Below, piece by piece: positions 1 to 9,033 of a stretch of 64,000 bases of DNA. The stretch is from the NCBI GenBank assembly GCA_964016885.1, contig OZ024743.1, positions 92,566,001-92,630,000 of the forward strand, in the 5' to 3' direction. Below the pieces are notes generated by a model. That model was given only the letters and a program-made list of their open reading frames with translations. It was not told where the DNA came from and did not search any database. The translations under genes were made by a program, and so were the position numbers. Origin of the DNA: Eledone cirrhosa (Eukaryota). Position 1 is the stretch's first letter. Each line of letters starts with the position of its first letter.

Positions 1-102
1 TAAGAAGCTGATACAACCAAGCAGACTCGCAGTCAGCGTCTGATACCTCGGTAAGGCGAGTGGCCAACTATGACAAAAAGTTCGTTGTTAGTGGACCAGC
101 TC

Positions 103-269
103 CTGCAAACGTCTTAGAAGCTACAGGCTGGAAAAACAGAGTTTGTTGATAATTTCCGATGTTTCAAAGTTATATTCCGTCCGCCTTCGGAAGTAGTGAG
201 CCTGCTATATACTCTAGAAAATATTTATTGAACAAAGATTTGGCTGCTTTTTCTAGCATGTAAAATGAG
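103..269 (+). repeat. Intra-unit direct repeat copy R1, 167 bp (recurs +1380k)
   Basis: CTGCAAACGTCTTA...CATGTAAAATGAG; ungapped match to 965-1131 with 11 substitutions in unit 1. Confidence 0.95.
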
Positions 270-603
270 CACATTTCTTTAGAGCCGTTCGAATCGAAGA
301 TGATGGACATGTGTAATAATTAATTCGGAATGGGTATCGTAGCTAGTTATTTGGCCGAGTTATATAAACAAAAAGAGAACATAAGTTTTAAAGACAGCAA
401 TATCGACAACTATGCGATACTCTCGTAGTTAATAACGTGTGCTAATTTATAAATTAGATGAGATTTATGTAAAAGTTTATTAAGCAACCTAAATTGCTTG
501 AAAATACTATGTTCTATGGTTGAAAGTATGAAAAATGTAAAACAGAAAATTAAAGTATAAAAATTACTGTAAAAGAAAGGTGTTTAGTGAGTTGTTTTAT
601 ACA

Positions 604-633
604 ATAAAACTATTAAATTGAGTGTAAGATTTC
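604..633 (+). promoter_or_regulatory. Upstream TATA-like element and -1 C of 5S gene (recurs +1380k)
   Basis: ATAAAA at -30..-25, TATTAAA at -23..-17, C at -1; typical for 5S genes, but the region is AT-rich so specificity is low. Confidence 0.45.
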
Positions 634-753
634 GTTTACGGCCATATCCCGCTGAAAACACCGGTTCTCGTCCGATCACCGAAGTTAAGCAACGTCGAGC
701 CTAGTTAGTACTTGGATGGGTGACCGCTTGGGAACCCTAGGTGCCGTAAGCGT
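634..753 (+). rRNA. 5S rRNA: 5S rRNA (unit 1)
   Basis: GTTTACGGCCATA...GTTCTCGTCCGATCACCGAAGTTAAGC...TTAGTACTTGGATGGGTGACCGCTTGGGAA...GCCGTAAGC matches the metazoan 5S consensus; helix I GTTTACGGC (634-642) pairs with GCCGTAAGC (743-751); T-run follows; 3' end uncertain by 1-2 nt. Confidence 0.97.
683..730 (+). promoter_or_regulatory. Pol III type-1 internal control region: box A, intermediate element, box C (recurs +1380k)
   Basis: AGTTAAGC at 5S nt 50-57 (box A) and TGGATGGGTGACCGCTTG at nt 80-97 (box C, TFIIIA site), at the standard positions. Confidence 0.85.
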
Positions 754-756
754 TTA

Positions 757-763
757 TTTTTTT
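757..763 (+). terminator. RNA polymerase III T-run terminator (recurs +1380k)
   Basis: T7 just 3' of the gene; T4 in unit 3, T9 in units 40 and 44, T8 in unit 45. Confidence 0.9.
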
Positions 764-766
764 AAA

Positions 767-841
767 AAGTTAATTTCTTTTCAGAGCTATTTATTTTTTA
801 GTTCGGTGGCCGCTTAGGAAACCGAGCTGCTGTAAACATTT
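767..841 (+). pseudogene. Degenerate 5'-truncated 5S fragment, ~nt 49-120 (recurs +1380k)
   Basis: 803-841 aligns ungapped to 717-755 at 30/39 (haplotype A) or 31/39 (haplotype B, e.g. 3563-3601); AAGTTAA (767-773) and GAGC (784-787) lie at matching offsets of 85-87 bp; T-runs follow. 5' boundary uncertain. Confidence 0.75.
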
Positions 842-964
842 CCCTTTTTCTTTCTTTAGTTAGTTTGATTTGCAAGCTTTTCTCTCCAGTGTCTGTTAGT
901 TTCAAAATAATTATGCACGCAAACTTTTTCCTTTCTTTCAACTCTACCCTTCGCATACACACTA

Positions 965-1131
965 CTGCAAACGTCTTATAGGCTACCGACTGCAAAAACA
1001 GAGTTTGTTGATAATTTCAGATATTTCGAACTTTTATTCCGTCCGCCTTCGGAAGTAGTGAGCCTGCTATATACGCTAGAAAATATTTATTGAACAAAGA
1101 TTTGGCTGCTTTTTCTAGCATGTAAAATGAG
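965..1131 (+). repeat. Intra-unit direct repeat copy R2, 167 bp (recurs +1380k)
   Basis: 156/167 identical to 103-269. Confidence 0.95.
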
Positions 1132-2013
1132 GGTCCATTTATACCACTTTCCATCCTAATCAGAAACCATCATTTTAACACCGAGATTCAAAGAAAAGCT
1201 CCCATCACAACTGCTATCACTTTCGCATTTCCCTCTGAAAATATTAAGTCGAAACGAAAGAAAGTATTGAGCCAACACTAAGTGTGTCTATCGGTCACAT
1301 AACGGGTTCCGGAGCCTACCTCTAATAGCTTTTGACACTAGAAAACACACTGGCAACCTTACTGCGGATGATAGCGAGTCTAAGAAGCTGATACAACCAA
1401 GCACACTCGCAGTCAGCGTCTGATACCTCGGTAAGGCGAGTGGCCAACTATGACAAAAAGTTCGTTGTTAGTGGACCAGCTCCTGCAAACGTCTTAGAAG
1501 CTACAGGCTGGAAAAACAGAGTTTGTTGATAATTTCCGATGTTTCAAAGTTATATTCCGTCCGCCTTCGGAAGTAGTGAGCCTGCTATATACTCTAGAAA
1601 ATATTTATTGAACAAAGATTTGGCTGCTTTTTCTAGCATGTAAAATGAGCACATTTCTTTAGAGCCGTTCGAATCGAAGATGATGGACATGTGTAATAAT
1701 TAATTCGGAATGGGTATCGTAGCTAGTTATTTGGCCGAGTTATATAAACAAAAAGAGAACATAAGTTTTAAAGACAGTATTATCGACAACTATGCGATAC
1801 TCTCGTAGTTAATAACGTGTGCTAATTTAAAAGTTAGATGAGATTTATGTAAAAGTTTATTAAGCAACCTAAATTGCTTGAAAATACTATGTTCTATGGT
1901 TGAAAGTATGAAAAATGTAAAATAGAAAATTAAAGTATAAAAATTACTGTAAAGGAAAGGTGTTTAGTGAGTTGTGTTATACAATAAAACTATTAAATTG
2001 AGTGTAAGATTTC

Positions 2014-2133
2014 GTTTACGGCCATATCCCGCTGAAAACACCGGTTCTCGTCCGATCACCGAAGTTAAGCAACGTCGAGCCTAGTTAGTACTTGGATGGG
2101 TGACCGCTTGGGAACCCTAGGTGCCGTAAGCGT
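2014..2133 (+). rRNA. 5S rRNA: 5S rRNA (unit 2)
   Basis: Same as unit 1 gene. Confidence 0.96.
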
Positions 2134-2466
2134 TTATTTTTTTAAAAAGTTAATTTCTTTTCAGAGCTATTTATTTTTTAGTTCGGTGGCCGCTTAGGAA
2201 ACCGAGCTGCTGTAAACATTTCCCTTTTTCTTTCTTTAGTTAGTTTGATTTGCAAGCTTTTCTCTCCAGTGTCTGTTAGTTTCAAAATAATTATGCACGC
2301 AAACTTTTTCCTTTCTTTCAACTCTACCCTTCGCATACACACTACTGCAAACGTCTTATAGGCTACCGACTGCAAAAACAGAGTTTGTTGATAATTTCAG
2401 ATATTTCGAACTTTTATTCCGTCCGCCTTCGGAAGTAGTGAGCCTGCTATATACGCTAGAAAATAT

Positions 2467-2827
2467 TTATTGAACAAAGATTTGGCTGCTTTTTCTAGCA
2501 TGTAAAATGAGGGTCCATTTATACCACTTTCCATCATAATCAGAAACCATCATTTTAACACCGAGATTCAAAGAAAAGCTCCCATCACAACTGCTATCAC
2601 TTTCGCATTTCCCTCTGAAAATATTAAGTCGAAACGAAAGAAAGTATTGAGCCAACACTAAGTGTGTCTATCGGTCACATAACGGGTTCCGGAGCCTACC
2701 TGTAATAGCTTTTGATACTAGAAAACACACTGGCAACCTTACTGTGGATGATAGCGAGTCTAAGAAGCTGATACAACCAAGCAGACTCGCAGTCAGCGTC
2801 TGATACCTCGGTAAGGCGAGTGGCCAA
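2467..2827 (-). pseudogene. Putative captured two-exon gene fragment (exon 2827-2700, intron 2699-2615, exon 2614-2467); in every unit, frame open only in units 2, 22, 40 and 44
   Basis: - strand: ACTAAC...CTTTTTGTCATAG| acceptor, CAG|GTAGG donor, CTTTCTTTCGTTTCGACTTAATATTTTCAG| acceptor; exons join in frame; AATAAA overlaps the stop and recurs ~50 nt downstream; no start exon, no recognised homolog. Confidence 0.35.
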
Positions 2828-3393
2828 CTATGACAAAAAGTTCGTTGTTAGTGGACCAGCTCCTGCAAACGTCTTAGAAGCTACAGGCTGGAAAAACAGA
2901 GTTTGTTGATAATTTCCGATGTTTCCAAGTTATATTCCGTCCGCCTTCGGAAGTAGTGAGCCTGCTATATACTCTAGAAAATATTTATTGAACAAAGATT
3001 TGGCTGCTTTTTCTAGCATGTAAAATGAGCACATTTCTTTAGAGCCGTTCGAATCGAAGATGATGGACATGTGTAATAATTAATTCGGAATGGGTATCGT
3101 AGCTAGTTATTTGGCCGAGTTATATAAACAAAAAGAGAACATAAGTTTTAAAGACAGCAATATCGACAACTATGCGATACTCTCGTAGTTAATAACGTGT
3201 GCTAATTTAAAAGTTAGATGAGATTTATGTAAAAGTTTATTAAGCAACCTAAATTGCTTGAAAATACTATGTTCTATGGTTGAAAGTATGAAAAATGTAA
3301 AATAGAAAATTAAAGTATAAAAATTACTGTAAAGGAAAGGTGTTTAGTGAGTTGTGTTATACAATAAAACTATTAAATTGAGTGTAAGATTTC

Positions 3394-3513
3394 GTTTACG
3401 GCCATATCCCGCTGAAAACACCGGTTCTCGTCCGATCACCGAAGTTAAGCAACGTCGAGCCTAGTTAGTACTTGGATGGGTGACCGCTTGGGAACCCTAG
3501 GTGCCGTAAGCGT
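3394..3513 (+). rRNA. 5S rRNA: 5S rRNA (unit 3; terminator shortened to T4)
   Basis: Same as unit 1 gene. Confidence 0.96.
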
Positions 3514-4773
3514 TTATTATTTTAAAAAATTAATTTCTTTTCAGAGCTGTTTATTTTTTACTTGGGTGAGCGCTTAGGAAACCGAGCTGCTGTAAACATT
3601 TCCCTTTTTCTTTCTTTAGTTAGTTTGATTTGCAAGCTTTTCTCTCCAGTGTCTGTTAGTTTCAAAATAATTATGCACGCAAACTTTTTCCTTTCTTTCA
3701 ACTCTACCCTTCGCATACACACTACTGCAAACGTCTTATAGGCTACCGACTGCAAAAACAGAGTTTGTTGATAATTTCAGATATTTCGAACTTTTATTCC
3801 GTCCGCCTTCGGAAGTAGTGAGCCTGCTATATACGCTAGAAAATATTTATTGAACAAAGATTTGGCTGCTTTTTCTAGCATGTAAAATGAGGGTCCATTT
3901 ATACCACTTTCCATCCTAATCAGAAACCATCATTTTAACACCGAGATTCAAAGAAAAGCTCCCATCACAACTGCTATCACTTTCGCATTTCCCTCTGAAA
4001 ATATTAAGTCGAAACGAAAGAAAGTATTGAGCCAACACTAAGTGTGTCTATCGGTCACATAACGGGTTCCGGAGCCTACCTCTAATAGCTTTTGACACTA
4101 GAAAACACACTGGCAACCTTACTGCGGATGATAGCGAGTCTAAGAAGCTGATACAACCAAGCACACTCGCAGTCAGCGTCTGATACCTCGGTAAGGCGAG
4201 TGGCCAACTATGACAAAAAGTTCGTTGTTAGTGGACCAGCTCCTGCAAACGTCTTAGAAGCTACAGGCTGGAAAAACAGAGTTTGTTGATAATTTCCGAT
4301 GTTTCAAAGTTATATTCCGTCCGCCTTCGGAAGTAGTGAGCCTGCTATATACTCTAGAAAATATTTATTGAACAAAGATTTGGCTGCTTTTTCTAGCATG
4401 TAAAATGAGCACATTTCTTTAGAGCCGTTCGAATCGAAGATGATGGACATGTGTAATAATTAATTCGGAATGGGTATCGTAGCTAGTTATTTGGCCGAGT
4501 TATATAAACAAAAAGAGAACATAAGTTTTAAAGACAGCAATATCGACAACTATGCGATACTCTCGTAGTTAATAACGTGTGCTAATTTAAAAGTTAGATG
4601 AGATTTATGTAAAAGTTTATTAAGCAACCTAAATTGCTTGAAAATACTATGTTCTATGGTTGAAAGTATGAAAAATGTAAAATAGAAAATTAAAGTATAA
4701 AAATTACTGTAAAGGAAAGGTGTTTAGTGAGTTGTGTTATACAATAAAACTATTAAATTGAGTGTAAGATTTC

Positions 4774-4893
4774 GTTTACGGCCATATCCCGCTGAAAACA
4801 CCGGTTCTCGTCCGATCACCGAAGTTAAGCAACGTCGAGCCTAGTTAGTACTTGGATGGGTGACCGCTTGGGAACCCTAGGTGCCGTAAGCGT
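4774..4893 (+). rRNA. 5S rRNA: 5S rRNA (unit 4)
   Basis: Same as unit 1 gene. Confidence 0.96.
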
Positions 4894-6153
4894 TTATTTT
4901 TTTAAAAAGTTAATTTCTTTTCAGAGCTATTTATTTTTTAGTTCGGTGGCCGCTTAGGAAACCGAGCTGCTGTAAACATTTCCCTTTTTCTTTCTTTAGT
5001 TAGTTTGATTTGCAAGCTTTTCTCTCCAGTGTCTGTTAGTTTCAAAATAATTATGCACGCAAACTTTTTCCTTTCTTTCAACTCTACCCTTCGCATACAC
5101 ACTACTGCAAACGTCTTATAGGCTACCGACTGCAAAAACAGAGTTTGTTGATAATTTCAGATATTTCGAACTTTTATTCCGTCCGCCTTCGGAAGTAGTG
5201 AGCCTGCTATATACTCTAGAAAATATTTATTGAACAAAGACTTGGCTGCTTTTTCTAGCATGTAAAATGAGGGTCCATTTATACCACTTTCCATCCTAAT
5301 CAGAAACCATCATTTTAACACCGAGATTCAAAGAAAAGCTCCCATCACAACTGCTATCACTTTCGCATTTCCCTCTGAAAATATTAAGTCGAAACGAAAG
5401 AAAGTATTGAGCCAACACTAAGTGTGTCTATCGGTCACATAACGGGTTCCGGAGCCTACCTCTAATAGCTTTTGACACTAGAAAACACACTGGCAACCTT
5501 ACTGCGGATGATAGCGAGTCTAAGAAGCTGATACAACCAAGCACACTCGCAGTCAGCGTCTGATACCTCGGTAAGGCGAGTGGCCAACTATGACAAAAAG
5601 TTCGTTGTTAGTGGACCAGCTCCTGCAAACGTCTTAGAAGCTACAGGCTGGAAAAACAGAGTTTGTTGATAATTTCCGATGTTTCAAAGTTATATTCCGT
5701 CCGCCTTCGGAAGTAGTGAGCCTGCTATATACTCTAGAAAATATTTATTGAACAAAGATTTGGCTGCTTTTTCTAGCATGTAAAATGAGCACATTTCTTT
5801 AGAGCCGTTCGAATCGAAGATGATGGACATGTGTAATAATTAATTCGGAATGGGTATCGTAGCTAGTTATTTGGCCGAGTTATATAAACAAAAAGAGAAC
5901 ATAAGTTTTAAAGACAGCAATATCGACAACTATGCGATACTCTCGTAGTTAATAACGTGTGCTAATTTATAAATTAGATGAGATTTATGTAAAAGTTTAT
6001 TAAGCAACCTAAATTGCTTGAAAATACTATGTTCTATGTTTGAAAGTATGAAAAATGTAAAACAGAAAATTAAAGTATAAAAATTACTGTAAAAGAAAGG
6101 TGTTTAGTGAGTTGTTTTATACAATAAAACTATTAAATTGAGTGTAAGATTTC

Positions 6154-6273
6154 GTTTACGGCCATATCCCGCTGAAAACACCGGTTCTCGTCCGATCACC
6201 GAAGTTAAGCAACGTCGAGCCTAGTTAGTACTTGGATGGGTGACCGCTTGGGAACCCTAGGTGCCGTAAGCGT
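6154..6273 (+). rRNA. 5S rRNA: 5S rRNA (unit 5)
   Basis: Same as unit 1 gene. Confidence 0.96.
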
Positions 6274-7533
6274 TTATTTTTTTAAAAAGTTAATTTCTTT
6301 TCAGAGCTATTTATTTTTTAGTTCGGTGGCCGCTTAGGAAACCGAGCTGCTGTAAACATTTCCCTTTTTCTTTCTTTAGTTAGTTTGATTTGCAAGCTTT
6401 TCTCTCCAGTGTCTGTTAGTTTCAAAATAATTATGCACGCAAACTTTTTCCTTTCTTTCAACTCTACCCTTCGCATACACACTACTGCAAACGTCTTATA
6501 GGCTACCGACTGCAAAAACAGAGTTTGTTGATAATTTCAGATATTTCGAACTTTTATTCCGTCCGCCTTCGGAAGTAGTGAGCCTGCTATATACGCTAGA
6601 AAATATTTATTGAACAAAGATTTGGCTGCTTTTTCTAGCATGTAAAATGAGGGTCCATTTATACCACTTTCCATCCTAATCAGAAACCATCATTTTAACA
6701 CCGAGATTCAAAGAAAAGCTCCCATCACAACTGCTATCACTTTCGCATTTCCCTCTGAAAATATTAAGTCGAAACGAAAGAAAGTATTGAGCCAACACTA
6801 AGTGTGTCTATCGGTCACATAACGGGTTCCGGAGCCTACCTCTAATAGCTTTTGACACTAGAAAACACACTGGCAACCTTACTGCGGATGATAGCGAGTC
6901 TAAGAAGCTGATACAACCAAGCACACTCGCAGTCAGCGTCTGATACCTCGGTAAGGCGAGTGGCCAACTATGACAAAAAGTTCGTTGTTAGTGGACCAGC
7001 TCCTGCAAACGTCTTAGAAGCTACAGGCTGGAAAAACAGAGTTTGTTGATAATTTCCGATGTTTCAAAGTTATATTCCGTCCGCCTTCGGAAGTAGTGAG
7101 CCTGCTATATACTCTAGAAAATATTTATTGAACAAAGATTTGGCTGCTTTTTCTAGCATGTAAAATGAGCACATTTCTTTAGAGCCGTTCGAATCGAAGA
7201 TGATGGACATGTGTAATAATTAATTCGGAATGGGTATCGTAGCTAGTTATTTGGCCGAGTTATATAAACAAAAAGAGAACATAAGTTTTAAAGACAGCAA
7301 TATCGACAACTATGCGATACTCTCGTAGTTAATAACGTGTGCTAATTTATAAATTAGATGAGATTTATGTAAAAGTTTATTAAGCAACCTAAATTGCTTG
7401 AAAATACTATGTTCTATGGTTGAAAGTATGAAAAATGTAAAACAGAAAATTAAAGTATAAAAATTACTGTAAAAGAAAGGTGTTTAGTGAGTTGTTTTAT
7501 ACAATAAAACTATTAAATTGAGTGTAAGATTTC

Positions 7534-7653
7534 GTTTACGGCCATATCCCGCTGAAAACACCGGTTCTCGTCCGATCACCGAAGTTAAGCAACGTCGAGC
7601 CTAGTTAGTACTTGGATGGGTGACCGCTTGGGAACCCTAGGTGCCGTAAGCGT
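7534..7653 (+). rRNA. 5S rRNA: 5S rRNA (unit 6)
   Basis: Same as unit 1 gene. Confidence 0.96.
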
Positions 7654-8913
7654 TTATTTTTTTAAAAAGTTAATTTCTTTTCAGAGCTATTTATTTTTTA
7701 GTTCGGTGGCCGCTTAGGAAACCGAGCTGCTGTAAACATTTCCCTTTTTCTTTCTTTAGTTAGTTTGATTTGCAAGCTTTTCTCTCCAGTGTCTGTTAGT
7801 TTCAAAATAATTATGCACGCAAACTTTTTCCTTTCTTTCAACTCTACCCTTCGCATACACACTACTGCAAACGTCTTATAGGCTACCGACTGCAAAAACA
7901 GAGTTTGTTGATAATTTCAGATATTTCGAACTTTTATTCCGTCCGCCTTCGGAAGTAGTGAGCCTGCTATATACGCTAGAAAATATTTATTGAACAAAGA
8001 TTTGGCTGCTTTTTCTAGCATGTAAAATGAGGGTCCATTTATACCACTTTCCATCCTAATCAGAAACCATCATTTTAACACCGAGATTCAAAGAAAAGCT
8101 CCCATCACAACTGCTATCACTTTCGCATTTCCCTCTGAAAATATTAAGTCGAAACGAAAGAAAGTATTGAGCCAACACTAAGTGTGTCTATCGGTCACAT
8201 AACGGGTTCCGGAGCCTACCTCTAATAGCTTTTGACACTAGAAAACACACTGGCAACCTTACTGCGGATGATAGCGAGTCTAAGAAGCTGATACAACCAA
8301 GCACACTCGCAGTCAGCGTCTGATACCTCGGTAAGGCGAGTGGCCAACTATGACAAAAAGTTCGTTGTTAGTGGACCAGCTCCTGCAAACGTCTTAGAAG
8401 CTACAGGCTGGAAAAACATAGTTTGTTGATAATTTCCGATGTTTCAAAGTTATATTCCGTCCGCCTTCGGAAGTAGTGAGCCTGCTATATACTCTAGAAA
8501 ATATTTATTGAACAAAGATTTGGCTGCTTTTTCTAGCATGTAAAATGAGCACATTTCTTTAGAGCCGTTCGAATCGAAGATGATGGACATGTGTAATAAT
8601 TAATTCGGAATGGGTATCGTAGCTAGTTATTTGGCCGAGTTATATAAACAAAAAGAGAACATAAGTTTTAAAGACAGCAATATCGACAACTATGCGATAC
8701 TCTCGTAGTTAATAACGTGTGCTAATTTATAAATTAGATGAGATTTATGTAAAAGTTTATTAAGCAACCTAAATTGCTTGAAAATACTATGTTCTATGGT
8801 TGAAAGTATGAAAAATGTAAAACAGAAAATTAAAGTATAAAAATTACTGTAAAAGAAAGGTGTTTAGTGAGTTGTTTTATACAATAAAACTATTAAATTG
8901 AGTGTAAGATTTC

Positions 8914-9033
8914 GTTTACGGCCATATCCCGCTGAAAACACCGGTTCTCGTCCGATCACCGAAGTTAAGCAACGTCGAGCCTAGTTAGTACTTGGATGGG
9001 TGACCGCTTGGGAACCCTAGGTGCCGTAAGCGT
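8914..9033 (+). rRNA. 5S rRNA: 5S rRNA (unit 7)
   Basis: Same as unit 1 gene. Confidence 0.96.

Noticed and set aside
170-310. 46-codon ATG ORF on the - strand (MSIIFDSNGSKEMCSFYMLEK...)
   Set aside because: Short, no recognisable motif, and no evident donor linking it to the downstream putative exon
798-995. Repeated 65-aa - strand ORF (MQSVAYK...)
   Set aside because: Starts at TTG rather than ATG; its K/E/R richness mirrors T/C tracts on the + strand; it overlaps the 5S relic; recurrence is due only to the tandem array
1037-1079. Helitron 3' end (hairpin followed by CTAG)
   Set aside because: CTAG is followed by A rather than T, hairpin spacing is off, and R1/R2 homology continues ~50 bp past it
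1220-1260. Hammerhead-ribozyme-like CTTTCG...CTGAAAA...CGAAACGAAAG (retrozyme idea, given the direct repeats)
   Set aside because: Core is CUGAAAA rather than CUGANGA, the cleavage-site U is replaced by C, and stems I and II cannot form
965-1649. Canonical LTR/TRIM or Cassandra element
   Set aside because: No shared TG..CA termini, no convincing PBS or PPT on either strand, and the 5S sequence lies outside the direct repeats (Cassandra carries it inside the LTRs)
754-2013. Linked U1/U2/U5/U6 snRNA, tRNA or known spliced-leader gene in the spacer
   Set aside because: By eye, neither strand shows ATACTTACCTG, the U2 GTGTAGTA branch-pairing motif, the U5 GCCTTTTAC loop, ACAGAGA, a cloverleaf or a leader sequence I know; a lineage-specific SL RNA cannot be excluded without a search
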